Shown: positions 49,030 to 59,369 of the stretch, piece after piece
Layout of the letters: each line of letters starts with the position of its first letter
Numbering within the stretch: position 1 is the stretch's first letter
Assembly (NCBI GenBank): GCA_965248755.1
Contig: OZ252149.1
Coordinates: 3,200,001 to 3,264,000 of the forward strand
Direction of reading: 5' to 3'
Length of the DNA stretch: 64,000 nt
Source of the DNA: Candidatus Latescibacterota bacterium
GTDB lineage: Bacteria > Latescibacterota > CBDEFO01
The notes under the pieces: generated by a model
What the model saw: only the letters and a program-made list of their open reading frames with translations
Told to the model about the DNA's origin: nothing
Database searches by the model: none
Position numbers and translations under genes: made by a program

Positions 49030-50276
49030 ATCTCTATAATCCTTTCCCCCCTTATGAGATCAGAATACGTCTCTCTCTCTTTTATGATCTCGAAACTCCC
49101 ATCTACGGTCATAACCTCAGGCGGACGAGGGCGGCAGTTGTAGTTTGAGGACATACAGAAGCCGTACGCCCCCGCGCTCATGAATGCCATAAGATCTCCG
49201 CTTTTGAACGGCGGCACCTCTCTGTCTTTTGCTAAAAAGTCCCCCGATTCGCATATAGGGCCTACGACATCGGCTACGACCTTTTCTCTGTGAGATCTTT
49301 CCAGGGGAAGGATGTCGTGGTAAGAGTCGTAGAAGCTGGGGCGAATAAGGTCATTTATGCCGGCGTCCACGATTACGAATGTCTTTTCTTCGCTCCTCTT
49401 TACATAAAGAACTTTGGACACCAGGACTCCTACATTTCCTACCATTGACCTTCCCGGTTCGAAGATTATTGTGCATCCAGTCTTTGAAAGGAGCGGTACG
49501 ATGGCTTCGGCAAGTTCTAAGGGCTCGGGTGGCTCCTCGTCCTTGTACCTGATGCCGAGTCCCCCCCCGATGTCTATGTACTGGATGTCTATCCCCAGGT
49601 CCCTGATACTGTCCACCATCTCAACGAGACGTTCTACACTTTCGACAAAGGGGGCTACAGTCGTTATCTGAGAACCGATATGTGAATCTATCCCTATGAC
49701 ATCCAGATTCGGCAGGCTCCGGGACATCTTGAAGCTTTCGAGAGCCTCTGAATGAGGAATGCCAAATTTGCTCTGCCTCAATCCTGTAGATATATAAGGA
49801 TGAGTCTCAGGATCGACATCGGGATTTATCCTGAGCGAAACGGGGGCCTTCAGACCCATCTTTCCCGCTATCTTGTCTATCTCCTTTAACTCTGCGGTGG
49901 ACTCCACGTTGAAGGCCAGTATCCCTGCACCCAGAGCATATTCTATCTCCTCGGTGCTCTTGCCGACTCCCGAATAGACGATCTTTTCCGGTGTAAATCC
50001 CGCCTTGAGCGCTCTGTAGAGTTCCCCACCGGAGACTATGTCGGCGCCCAGACCCCTTTTCGCCAAAATGCGGAGCAGCGTTAAGTTCCAGTTGGCCTTT
50101 ACTGAGTAGCACGTTATGTGATCTATATCTTTGAAGGCCCCGTCTATGTTCTGAGCGTGTCTTATAAGGGTTTGGGAACTGTAAAGATATAGTGGAGTTC
50201 CCACTTCTTGGGCTATCCCTTTGATGCTCACATCGTCGCAGAACAGTTCGTTTCCTTTGTACTGGAAGTAGTGCAT
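49026..50276 (-). CDS. lysA: diaminopimelate decarboxylase
   Basis: YSVKAN, HIGSQ, EPGR and GPICESGD motifs. Confidence 0.96.
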   Translation of the reverse strand: MHYFQYKGNELFCDDVSIKGIAQEVGTPLYLYSSQTLIRHAQNIDGAFKDIDHITCYSVKANWNLTLLRILAKRGLGADIVSGGELYRALKAGFTPEKIVYSGVGKSTEEIEYALGAGILAFNVESTAELKEIDKIAGKMGLKAPVSLRINPDVDPETHPYISTGLRQSKFGIPHSEALESFKMSRSLPNLDVIGIDSHIGSQITTVAPFVESVERLVEMVDSIRDLGIDIQYIDIGGGLGIRYKDEEPPEPLELAEAIVPLLSKTGCTIIFEPGRSMVGNVGVLVSKVLYVKRSEEKTFVIVDAGINDLIRPSFYDSYHDILPLERSHREKVVADVVGPICESGDFLAKDREVPPFKSGDLMAFMSAGAYGFCMSSNYNCRPRPPEVMTVDGSFEIIKERETYSDLIRGERIIEI

Positions 50277-50383
50277 GGATTTCTCCAAAATTTGGGCAAT
50301 ATGAGTTACAACTCTGGATCACTTATAAATATACATAGATTCGGGGTATACGGACAAGGGGAAAATTGAAGACCTGCAGAAAA

Positions 50384-50578
50384 TTACCTATTATCGTCAA
50401 AAAGATCCAACTGATTCAACTTCTCCTGATCTTTCTTTATCTTTTCTTTCTGATATAGCTTCTCCGCTAATTCGCCCAGAATAAAGAACTTGGGGGGATT
50501 ATCTGTATCTTCCACCGGCTGAGGCGCAGGGAGACCCATCTTTGCCATGTTCTCTCTGATCTTTTCCCATTTGTCCAT
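50384..50578 (-). CDS. small hypothetical protein
   Basis: 64-aa ORF ending in a QLDLF clamp-binding-like motif. Confidence 0.45.
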   Translation of the reverse strand: MDKWEKIRENMAKMGLPAPQPVEDTDNPPKFFILGELAEKLYQKEKIKKDQEKLNQLDLFDDNR

Positions 50579-50753
50579 AAGTTGTGCTCTGACTAACTAC
50601 TTTCTACTTGAGGGGGCAAAGAGGCAAGGCATTGCCCCCGTCTAAATAAAGGGCGAGTTAACCTCGCCCCTACATCCTGTCTACTGTTTCTGGTTTTGAC
50701 TTCCCCTGCCCTCGATTGAATCTATCGGGGGATCGGGGGCCTGTCTACTGCCC

Positions 50754-51695
50754 TTATGATTTGTTCACAACGTACATTCCCGCCGCAACTAAGAGCGCTC
50801 CAGCCGCAAGGTCCCACGTTATCTTCTCTGACAGAAAAAGGGCGCTAAAGATCACTCCAAATATGGGAGTCAGAAAGAAGAAGACTACTATCTTGCTCGG
50901 ACTCTTGCGCTTCAAGAGAATGTGCCACAGCACAAAACAGAACCCGGCTACGATGACGCCCTGGTACAAATGTGAAAGGACAACTGTGGGAGTAAAATTG
51001 TAGCCTTCGACTCCCTCTGTGTAGAGGCTGAGAAGAGAGAAGAGGATAAGGCCGAATATCATCTGCCACGCCAGGAACCTATAGACATGCACATACTGCA
51101 TTATCCTCTTGCCGAACACAGCCCTGAACGCTAAAAGTAGCCCGCTTACGAGCACAATAGAATCGCCTAAGAGGTTTCTCGACTCTCCAAGTTCCAAGCT
51201 GCGCCTGAAGATAGACGCCACGCCGCAGAAGGACAGGACGATCCCGATGAGTTTTTTTACGTTTAATCTATCTCCCGGAATCAGGAAGTGAGCTAAGATG
51301 GATACGAAGAAGATATGTGTATTTATCAAGACCGTCGAATGGGCTGCGGTCGTCAGGTGTGTCCCCCAATTTAGAGCCACGATCTGAGCTGTAAAGAGCA
51401 GAGTTATCCATAGAATCGGTTTTACCTCGTTCCTTTTCATTCTCAGGGGCACACCCGTAAAGGCGCACCACAAGGCTATGGAAATCGCTCCTATGGCAAA
51501 TCTTATCGCCCCCATACCGATTGGGGGAGCCCCCTTTAGTCCGAATTTCATAGCCACAGGGTGCCCGCCCCACAACAAAGCTAAAAGTATAAGGGCGGCA
51601 CCGGACTTGAAATCCACGCCCTCAACCGGCATCGTTTCAGTCTTGACTTTGGATTCGGTTTCTCCTATTTGTGATTGGGGTTCTGATTCTGACAA
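50754..51695 (-). CDS. DMT/EamA transporter
   Basis: About 10 TM helices; duplicated EamA pattern. Confidence 0.88.
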   Translation of the reverse strand: MSESEPQSQIGETESKVKTETMPVEGVDFKSGAALILLALLWGGHPVAMKFGLKGAPPIGMGAIRFAIGAISIALWCAFTGVPLRMKRNEVKPILWITLLFTAQIVALNWGTHLTTAAHSTVLINTHIFFVSILAHFLIPGDRLNVKKLIGIVLSFCGVASIFRRSLELGESRNLLGDSIVLVSGLLLAFRAVFGKRIMQYVHVYRFLAWQMIFGLILFSLLSLYTEGVEGYNFTPTVVLSHLYQGVIVAGFCFVLWHILLKRKSPSKIVVFFFLTPIFGVIFSALFLSEKITWDLAAGALLVAAGMYVVNKS

Positions 51696-51769
51696 TAAGG
51701 CGTCCTTATTGTGTAACGCAATGATGTGTCCTGATACATCGAAAAAAATAAGCTATAACTCGTTCAAGG

Positions 51770-52050
51770 TCAAGACAGACTCGATAGCTTTGCGGTCTGT
51801 TCATTCAGGTATTCCTTCACAAGCCCGAAAAGCAATTCTATCATTCGCTTGTTGCCGAGCATACGGCGCTTATCCTTGTCTGCATCTTTTGTTAGCATAT
51901 ATTCCTTATATCTCCGATTATCAAACGCAAAGAGGATAGACACCCTGTCTATTCCAAAATGCTCTGCAACCGCAAATGTGGCGGACGTTTCCATATCCAC
52001 CGCCGTGAACCCTTTTCTATAGCAATTCTCGACTTCCTTCTTCCCTTCAG
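51770..52050 (-). pseudogene. nucleoside phosphorylase C-terminal remnant
   Basis: AVDMETSATFAVA motif; no N-terminal part. Confidence 0.6.
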
Positions 52051-52108
52051 CCGAAGGTGAATCGAAGCTAACCTCTTATATCTGAACCATCACGTATATC
52101 TTTCTATT

Positions 52109-52576
52109 TCAGTCGGGCGAAGCCGTGAGAAGTTTTAGACGCTGATTTAGTTCCCATAATGCGGTCTTGTTGCCGTCCCATTTCAGGAGTTCTACAGCAT
52201 GTTCGTACGTAAGCCATTTATAGTCAATGTGTTCACAAGAAAGTGTTATCTTACATTCCGACGCTTCTACACCGAAACAGTACTCGGGGATCACGAACAC
52301 TTCATCGCCCCACAGATGGCTATCCCCGAAGCATGCAACCGGTATCGATGAGACTGTGTCCAAAGCGATGAAGAGGGACTTGGTAGGTAGGCCAATTTCC
52401 TCCCATGTCTCCCGTTTTGCCGCCTCTAAAGGCGTTTCGTCATCTTCACCACCTCCTGCAATACCTTGCCAGACATTTGGGTCGGAGTCGGATCTACTAA
52501 ATATTGCATATTCAATTTCACCATACCGATGGAATCGGTAGGGCAAGACTAGGACTTGAAAAGGTGCACGAGTCAT
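52109..52576 (-). CDS. NUDIX pyrophosphatase
   Basis: WQGIAGGGE..AAKRETWEE and EHIDYKW motifs. Confidence 0.88.
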   Translation of the reverse strand: MTRAPFQVLVLPYRFHRYGEIEYAIFSRSDSDPNVWQGIAGGGEDDETPLEAAKRETWEEIGLPTKSLFIALDTVSSIPVACFGDSHLWGDEVFVIPEYCFGVEASECKITLSCEHIDYKWLTYEHAVELLKWDGNKTALWELNQRLKLLTASPD

Positions 52577-52795
52577 TAGCTATCCTCTTTAGCGTATGGC
52601 AGTCCACACTTGCGATGCGAAGTGAAAAGACAGCGGAGTGGCCAATAGATGCCCTACACCGCGCTGTCTGGCTATTCCCCTTGACATCAGTATTCGATTA
52701 ATAGAGGATACATCGTATCCACTCGACTGCTCCCAGCGTTCAACAAGGTTAGCTTGATCAAGTAACTGTATTCCGAGAACTTGGGTCTCGATGTG

Positions 52796-53428
52796 TTAAA
52801 AAGTGCCTTCAGGAGGATCGAAATACGGCATTGATTTCTCATCGCGAAGAAGATTAAGGACAAAAGGAACTCTTAGATAATGACCTGGTGAAAGGGGTGG
52901 CAAACCGTCTTCACTAAAAAAACCGACATCTGTCGTCTCTGAAGTTGTTGATGGCGAAGGGTTTTCGCATTCTACGAGAAACACAGCATGATACATCTGA
53001 ACTTTAATCCGACTCTTCCACTTTCGAGAGTCGAAAACACCAATCAACTTTGTAACATATCCTCTTAGCTGTGTCTCTTCCCAAAGCTCACGTTGGGCTG
53101 CCTCAGCTAATGTTTCGCCTACCTCTGTGAGCCCTCCAGGAATCGCCCAAAGCCCGTTGTCCTGTCTCCTGACGAGCAAAAGTTGGTTGTCATGGAGCAC
53201 AGCAGCCTCAGCCCCTGCCAATGGACTGACATGGAACATGTTATTTTGAAACTTCTCCAATACCTCTTCTGATGATCGGTGCTCTATTGCTCCAAACAAT
53301 CGCGCACTAGCAGAAAGAATTCTTTCATATCTATCCAGATCATATTCATTTTTTGAATAATTCAGACCAAGATTGGCAATAGCCCGCAATTCATCAGCAA
53401 TCTGATACAGCTCCTCGGTTGATTTCAT
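52796..53428 (-). CDS. NUDIX hydrolase with Nudix_N domain
   Basis: [14 protein letters not shown] and [13 protein letters not shown] motifs. Confidence 0.88.
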   Translation of the reverse strand: MKSTEELYQIADELRAIANLGLNYSKNEYDLDRYERILSASARLFGAIEHRSSEEVLEKFQNNMFHVSPLAGAEAAVLHDNQLLLVRRQDNGLWAIPGGLTEVGETLAEAAQRELWEETQLRGYVTKLIGVFDSRKWKSRIKVQMYHAVFLVECENPSPSTTSETTDVGFFSEDGLPPLSPGHYLRVPFVLNLLRDEKSMPYFDPPEGTF

Positions 53429-53485
53429 AAGATTACCTTGTTTTTCCCTACGCTCTTGCTGTTCAACTCGCCACAGTACAGGACG

Positions 53486-54001
53486 TCAATACTCGATTAT
53501 AGAGGATACATGGTAGCCACTCAACTTCTCTTTTCCCTTTAAGAAGGTAAGCTCGATCAGGATCCTTATGCCGACGATTTCGGCTTTGAGCTGTTCGATG
53601 AGCTTGCAGGTCGCCTCCATCGTCCCTCCGGTCGCCAGAAGGTCGTCTACTATAAGCACCTTCTGGCCCTCTTTTATGCTGTCTTGATGAATCTCGACCG
53701 CATCTGTTCCGTACTCCAGGGCGTACTCCTCTTTCAGCGCATCTGCGGGGAGTTTGCCGGGCTTTCGGACGGGGACGAAGGCCGCTCCGAGTTTGTAAGC
53801 CACCGCCGAGCCGAAGATGAACCCTCTGGACTCGATGCCGACTACAATGTCAACTTTGGCTTCTCGAAACGGCTCCGTAAGCTGATCAATTGCGTCCTTG
53901 AAGGCCTCTTGATCCTTTAAGAGAGTAGTAATATCCTTGAATACGATCCCTTTCTTGGGAAAATCTGGAACGTCTCTGATATAGTTTTTTAATTCTTTCA
54001 A
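53486..54001 (-). CDS. apt: adenine phosphoribosyltransferase
   Basis: PDFPKKGIVFKDIT, LEYG and VDDLLATGGT motifs. Confidence 0.96.
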   Translation of the reverse strand: MKELKNYIRDVPDFPKKGIVFKDITTLLKDQEAFKDAIDQLTEPFREAKVDIVVGIESRGFIFGSAVAYKLGAAFVPVRKPGKLPADALKEEYALEYGTDAVEIHQDSIKEGQKVLIVDDLLATGGTMEATCKLIEQLKAEIVGIRILIELTFLKGKEKLSGYHVSSIIEY

Positions 54002-54070
54002 TATGAATTCTCCCCTGACTTGAAATTCCAGATAAGTGTCTTAAGCTCTTCGCATTTCAAACAGAAACAC

Positions 54071-54185
54071 GCGCCTGTGCTCGGAGGACGGAGATCGCCT
54101 CAATGGGACCAAGGCCTCCGGTGAAAATACCAAATTCCTCCGACAGCAGGTTAGTCCCGACGCCCTCAACATCAAACTGGGGCAT
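54071..54185 (-). ncRNA. candidate structured RNA with a possible pseudoknot, upstream of apt
   Basis: Several nested complementary segments; G-U pairs favour the minus strand; family not recognised. Confidence 0.4.
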
Positions 54186-54232
54186 TCGCCTTATTAGACC
54201 CAACCAAAGCCGATCGGTTTTTCACTTCCTTT

Positions 54233-54517
54233 TCAATATCTGACTTCAAAGTTTTTGTATTTCCCCGAATATTCTCTCCATTTTGTCCCAACGGCCGTCA
54301 CCTTGGCGGAGATTGGTCCCCTTTTCATATCTTCCAGGAAATCGTTCAGGAGTCCTATTTCCCCCTCCACTTCCACCTCGACCCTCCCGTCAGGCAAATT
54401 CCTGACGTATCCGACCAGATCGTACCTGTACGCTATTGCCTGAGCGAAGAATCGAAATCCGACTTGCTGAACTACTCCGCTTACAACGGCGTGGAGGTTT
54501 GCTCTGTTTTGGGACAT
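54233..54517 (-). CDS. acyP: acylphosphatase
   Basis: SGVVQQVGFR, GYVRNLPDGRVE and GP..AKV motifs. Confidence 0.88.
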   Translation of the reverse strand: MSQNRANLHAVVSGVVQQVGFRFFAQAIAYRYDLVGYVRNLPDGRVEVEVEGEIGLLNDFLEDMKRGPISAKVTAVGTKWREYSGKYKNFEVRY

Positions 54518-54583
54518 GTCGCTTGTGTCTTCTTTTATGTATTTCCAAACGATAGCCTGTATTGGAGGTAGACCTTGCCCGCC

Positions 54584-55651
54584 TTAATCCGGCACAAAAC
54601 TTGTAGAGCTGTCCACTGCCATGACAAACTCGGCCAGTAGTGTGGCACAGTTTTCGGCGTCCTTGAAGGCTAAAAGCTCTACAGGGGTGTGCATGTATCT
54701 CAAAGGTACGCTCACAAGGCCGGCGGCGACTCCTGCCCGCGCAAGCTGAATGGCGTTAGCATCTGTGCCTGTTCCCCTGGGCTCTCCCTCAAGCTGATAG
54801 GGTATTTTCTTGTCTTCGGCTATTTGAACCAGGAGATCGAACACCACGGGATTTATGTTGGCTCCTCTTGAAATCGAGGGTCCTCCGCCTATCTTGACAT
54901 CGCCGATTCTCCTTTTGTCCACGTCAGGTTGATCCGTCGCATGCGTCACATCTACGGCTATTCCCACAGTTGGATTAACGCCGTATGCGCTCGTTGTGGC
55001 GCCCCTTAATCCTATCTCCTCCTGAACCGTAGCCACCGAAAAGAGGGCCGCCCTCGGCCTTTGTCTTTTGTCCGCCACTATCCTCATAGCCTCTGCTACT
55101 ACGAAGGCCCCTGCTTTATCGTCGAACGCCCTTGAGATAGCTTTACCGTTCCTCAACTCCTCGAAGTTTGAATCGTAGGTTATGGGATCGCCTATAGAGA
55201 CTACGGATTCCGTCTCCTGCTTGTCCTCTGCTCCGATGTCTATCCACAGCTCGTGAATCTTGGAGGCCTTCTTCCTCTCATCGTCCTCCATAAGGTGCAC
55301 GGCCTTTCTTCCGATGACGCCTAATACAGGTCCATTCTTCGTGTGGATGCGAACTTTTCTGCCCGGAATGAGCGTATAGTCGAACCCTCCGATAGTTGAA
55401 AAGTGGATGTAGCCCTCGTCGTTGATGTACACAACCATAAAGCCCAACTCATCAATGTGCCCCGCGAGCATTATCCTGGGTTCTCCGTTGGGGTTGTATG
55501 AGGCGATGGTGTTCCCGTGAAGGTCTACCTTTATCTCGTCTGCGTAGCCCTCCACCTCCCTTTTCCAGATCCTCCTGACGGGTCCCTCAAAGCCCGAAGG
55601 GCTTGGAGCCTCCACGAGTGCTTTGAGAAAGTCCAAAGACGACTTGCGCAT
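54584..55651 (-). CDS. M42 family aminopeptidase
   Basis: SPSGFE, GHIDELG, DDKAG, QEEIG, GTDA and RYMHTP motifs. Confidence 0.92.
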   Translation of the reverse strand: MRKSSLDFLKALVEAPSPSGFEGPVRRIWKREVEGYADEIKVDLHGNTIASYNPNGEPRIMLAGHIDELGFMVVYINDEGYIHFSTIGGFDYTLIPGRKVRIHTKNGPVLGVIGRKAVHLMEDDERKKASKIHELWIDIGAEDKQETESVVSIGDPITYDSNFEELRNGKAISRAFDDKAGAFVVAEAMRIVADKRQRPRAALFSVATVQEEIGLRGATTSAYGVNPTVGIAVDVTHATDQPDVDKRRIGDVKIGGGPSISRGANINPVVFDLLVQIAEDKKIPYQLEGEPRGTGTDANAIQLARAGVAAGLVSVPLRYMHTPVELLAFKDAENCATLLAEFVMAVDSSTSFVPD

Positions 55652-55706
55652 GTTTTCCTCCTATTCGTAGTTCATCAGATGTAGGGGCAGGGATACCCAG
55701 TCTACT

Positions 55707-55773
55707 GAACAGACAAGAATGTCTGTTCTACCAACATATATAAAAAGGTGGGTCAGACATTGCTGTCTGACAA
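55707..55773. repeat. 67-bp REP-doublet; inverted copy at 61029-61095
   Basis: 66/67 identity with the reverse complement of 61029-61095. Confidence 0.9.
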
Positions 55774-55843
55774 AGCAAACTCACGGGAGGGGAAGCGGTT
55801 CCCTGCTCCCGATAGCTTCGATCGGGGTTCGGTCAACTGTCAA

Positions 55844-56917
55844 TCATGTGCTGTCTACTTGTTTCATAAGTTCGTCTTCGCTGTAAATTAAAGCTTTAGC
55901 AAACGCTCCGTCGCCTCTGTATCCATCCATGTGATCGCCTGCTGAGTAGTAGATAGTAACGATCGTTCCGTCGTTATTTCGAACCGAAGTCGGATAGCCG
56001 CAGTCTCTCCCTGGACGGGTGTCGTCGATGATCAACTTCCTCTCATAATCCCACGTACGCCCTCCGTCCTTAGAGATTATCGCGTTGGCACCGTAGGGTT
56101 CATTTCGCTGGCCGTACACCAACAGAACGTATCCGTTCTTCAAAAGCGTCATATCCCCCGGATGCTCCTGTGGCCCTGTAATCCTGGTTGGTTTTGTCCA
56201 CGTATAGCCAGCGTCGCCTGATCGGACTATCTGCAGACCTCCTCCACCCTCCTGGCCTCTGATAGCCCCTATTATGTCTCCATCTGGCAATCTCAAAAAC
56301 GAGGCCTCGCTCAAATCGGCCGCCACCAGGGAAGGATCGCTCCATGTCTGACCCTCATCCTTTGAGCGCAGAAGATAGGAGCAACATCCGGTCTTAGAAT
56401 TTTCCTCACCATCTATAACCCCCGTCATATCCCCATACATCGGCATAAGCAGCGTCCCGTCGTCCAGCGTCAGCATCCTCCCAAAAGGGGATCTGGAGTT
56501 CAGCGGCTCGTAGCTCAAAGGGTACGCCTCTTCCCACGTCTCCCCTCTATCGTGGGACCGGGTTAGGTATGTATCCACCGAGCCTTCTCCCGGTTGATAC
56601 TTTCCGTCAGGGGTGTAACAGCCCTGAACGTGGTACCCCAGGACCACGACGCCGTTCACGCTTAATCCCACCGATGGATTTCGATCGTCTCTCTGGCTGT
56701 CAACGATCCCCACAGGGAGTGACCATCTTTCACCGCTGTCGTCTGACCACAGGGAGTCCAGTCTGCCTTCGATCCCTATGTGTCCTGCCCCATCCCTCAA
56801 GACGACAACGATCCTCCCGTCCGGAAAGGAGATGGCTACGGGGAAGTACCCCTGTTCCCTTACGACAAATTTCTCCTTTGAGCCTTCAAGTTTTCTGAGG
56901 TCGATTGTCCCTACCAT
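55844..56917 (-). CDS. BNR/Asp-box sialidase-like protein
   Basis: SDDSGERW, SHDRGETW, SKDEGQTW, SKDGGRTW and DCGYP motifs. Confidence 0.85.
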   Translation of the reverse strand: MVGTIDLRKLEGSKEKFVVREQGYFPVAISFPDGRIVVVLRDGAGHIGIEGRLDSLWSDDSGERWSLPVGIVDSQRDDRNPSVGLSVNGVVVLGYHVQGCYTPDGKYQPGEGSVDTYLTRSHDRGETWEEAYPLSYEPLNSRSPFGRMLTLDDGTLLMPMYGDMTGVIDGEENSKTGCCSYLLRSKDEGQTWSDPSLVAADLSEASFLRLPDGDIIGAIRGQEGGGGLQIVRSGDAGYTWTKPTRITGPQEHPGDMTLLKNGYVLLVYGQRNEPYGANAIISKDGGRTWDYERKLIIDDTRPGRDCGYPTSVRNNDGTIVTIYYSAGDHMDGYRGDGAFAKALIYSEDELMKQVDST

Positions 56918-57012
56918 GTTTTAGTTCTCAAGTTAATAGGAAGTTATGTGTACGGCGATGAAGTTTAGCAAGTGGCTCATGTTTGAAAACAGGTGAAATT
57001 TGTTCGGGACTT

Positions 57013-57570
57013 TTAGACTCCTTCAATCCCTTGCTGCCTCAAGTATGTTCGTATGTGTTCCTCTCTCCGTAATCCTTTAAATAAAACGGCTTCGTAGATG
57101 TGATAGCCGCTTAATACAGGGGTACGACCCTCCGGGGTCAACAGGGAGTGTTTGATTTCAATTATCAGTCGTCGCGTCTCCTCATCCAGCGCTCGACGTA
57201 TCCGTTCCATCCAGGCCCGATTCTTTTCAAGATATTCTGTGTCCGTAGCCCATATGTCTATTTTCCACCGTGTGGTGCATGTAGTTTTGCGCACCCCCCA
57301 GTAAAGGCCATTGGGCAGTCCTTCCTCATGCTGCCGAAGAAAGTTGTTAAACTTGAGTGAAAGCACGCCGTCAATCGTTGCAATCTCTTTGCCCATCTTG
57401 AAAAAGTCATCGGTTGAAAAAGGATATGGCTCCAACACCATGTAGATATCAATGTCTGGCCAGGCCATTACGTTAATCGCGTAGCTTCCCGTGTACGACA
57501 CGCGTCCGTAAGACCGAAGGATCGCATCTATCCCTCGGTCACAAATGAGCTGGTCTGCCTCTTGATGCAA
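57013..57570 (-). CDS. hypothetical protein with a nucleotidyltransferase-like motif; start uncertain
   Basis: TGSYAINVMAWPDIDI and WKIDIW. Confidence 0.6.
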   Translation of the reverse strand: MHQEADQLICDRGIDAILRSYGRVSYTGSYAINVMAWPDIDIYMVLEPYPFSTDDFFKMGKEIATIDGVLSLKFNNFLRQHEEGLPNGLYWGVRKTTCTTRWKIDIWATDTEYLEKNRAWMERIRRALDEETRRLIIEIKHSLLTPEGRTPVLSGYHIYEAVLFKGLRREEHIRTYLRQQGIEGV

Positions 57571-57600
57571 CTTGGCTGCTATCTCAAGAGCGTCCGTGTT

Positions 57601-58617
57601 TCAGTCTCCATCTTGGTTTTCAGACCATTTTTTCCAGGGTTCGTGCAGCTTCATCATCTGCCCCCACGTCTGACCGACTGGCTTCTCAAGTATCATGGGC
57701 CGGATGAAGGCCGCTGCCTTTTCCAAGCCCTCCTGTATCTCCATGTACTCACTCTCCATTTCGAGAGAGAGTATCCCGTCGTAGCCCAAGAAGCGCAGCG
57801 TAGCTATGACCTGGCGCCAGGTTTGCTCGTCGTGACCCCAGCCGGGTATAGTGAATGTCCAGGAACGTTCCTCGAAGTTGTCCTTGCTGGTGGAGTCGAA
57901 CAAGCCGCGCAGCTTGGCGTTGGGCTCGTGGATGAGGGTGTCCTTGAGGTGGACATTCTGAATCAGGTCTCCAAGATAGTGCATCGCCTCAAATGGATCT
58001 ATTCCCTGGATCCACATGTGCGAAATATCGAAGTTGCAGGCCACGACCGGGCCAAGCTCGTCTCGCAGCTTTTTCAGCTGGATCGGAGTGTGGATCATGT
58101 CGTTGATCTGCATCTCGAAGCACAGGGTTACGCCGTGATCTGAGGCGATCTTGCCGTGTTCCTTCCAGTACGGGATCAGGCGCTTCTCCCACTGCCAGTC
58201 GAGTGCGTCGCGGTAGAACGGAAATTCCATGTTGACGATCCAGGCCGGCAGGCTGTCTCCCTCGGCGCCTTCGGGAAGCCCTGCCACCAGCGCCATCCTC
58301 CGGACCCCAACTTGCTCCATCAGCTGGCAGGCCTGGCGAAATTGACGCGAATATTCGGCGGCGATCTCCGCATCCGGCGCCAGCGGTGCACCGTGCCCAC
58401 TAAACGAGTAGAGCTCGAGGCCGTGACTGGCGTAAACATCGAGCCACCGGTCCAGCTCACCCCGGTCCGCCAGCAGCTTGTCCACGTCGCAGTATCTCTT
58501 GGCAGTCGGACCCGTAGCACCGACTTCGACCGCACTTACCCCGATTGCCTGGCAGAACCTCAGGCCTTCTTCACGCTCGAAGTTCATGATAAAATGTGTA
58601 TTGATTCCAAGTTTCAC
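57601..58617 (-). CDS. sugar phosphate isomerase/epimerase (TIM barrel)
   Basis: CFEM, NFDISH, VHLKD and LSLEME motifs. Confidence 0.9.
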   Translation of the reverse strand: MKLGINTHFIMNFEREEGLRFCQAIGVSAVEVGATGPTAKRYCDVDKLLADRGELDRWLDVYASHGLELYSFSGHGAPLAPDAEIAAEYSRQFRQACQLMEQVGVRRMALVAGLPEGAEGDSLPAWIVNMEFPFYRDALDWQWEKRLIPYWKEHGKIASDHGVTLCFEMQINDMIHTPIQLKKLRDELGPVVACNFDISHMWIQGIDPFEAMHYLGDLIQNVHLKDTLIHEPNAKLRGLFDSTSKDNFEERSWTFTIPGWGHDEQTWRQVIATLRFLGYDGILSLEMESEYMEIQEGLEKAAAFIRPMILEKPVGQTWGQMMKLHEPWKKWSENQDGD

Positions 58618-59369
58618 TCAGACCTCCCTGGCTTGCAATGAAATTCTACAAGGCCTCCTACCGTTTCATAGCTGGAAGGTTCCAGAACGACAATGGTCGG
58701 TCGGCCATCTTCTGCCCTGGGCAGCGGGAAAGACACCGTGTGGTGACAGGCGAGGAAGACCGGGTCGCTCAAGCGGCGATTGAGGAACGCATCCAGGTAG
58801 GTCATGCCGCCGGCATCTTCCCCGCCCAGGGGCGGTAACGCATAGTGCATAGGCACGATCCAGGTCGGCTTCAGAAACTGGATCATCGGATCCAGTTCGT
58901 CCAGTTTGACGGTGAACTTCTCGCCGACAATGGCCATCAAGACATCGCACCTGCCCATCCACGGCGCCAGCTCCTCATTGCTCAGCCCGAATCCCAGGTC
59001 TCCCATGTGTGCAAACCACAAGCCGCCGGCTTTGAAGGCGTACAAGGCATTGTCGTCTGGGCCCTCTGGATGATCCGGAATCTCCGCTGCAGGGATCGCC
59101 ACCAACGGTTCGCCGTTGATAGTTGCCGCAGTCTTGCCAGTGGCTACGTCCAGCGCGTTGATTACCTGGGGGCGTCCCCTGACCAGGCCGACGTGATCAT
59201 GGGACGAGTCAGTAAGTGAACTGACGATAACGGTTTCCGCCTCAAGGCGAAACCCATCGTCGGGAAGTTTTGTATTCGCATGCGAGAATGGGTCCATGAC
59301 AATCGAGGGCTTGCCATCTTCCCACAGCCGAAAACATGCATGACCTACAAATTCGAGTTGAACGGACAT
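58614..59369 (-). CDS. MBL-fold metallo-hydrolase
   Basis: GHACF, MDPF, HMGDLG and VPMHY motifs. Confidence 0.85.
   Translation of the reverse strand: MSVQLEFVGHACFRLWEDGKPSIVMDPFSHANTKLPDDGFRLEAETVIVSSLTDSSHDHVGLVRGRPQVINALDVATGKTAATINGEPLVAIPAAEIPDHPEGPDDNALYAFKAGGLWFAHMGDLGFGLSNEELAPWMGRCDVLMAIVGEKFTVKLDELDPMIQFLKPTWIVPMHYALPPLGGEDAGGMTYLDAFLNRRLSDPVFLACHHTVSFPLPRAEDGRPTIVVLEPSSYETVGGLVEFHCKPGRSE

Noticed and set aside
54152..54226. Tiny minus-strand ORF containing TGA-TGT-TGA (possible selenopeptide)
   Set aside because: Poor RBS spacing, no homology evidence and no sel genes in the window; better treated as part of the structured RNA candidate.
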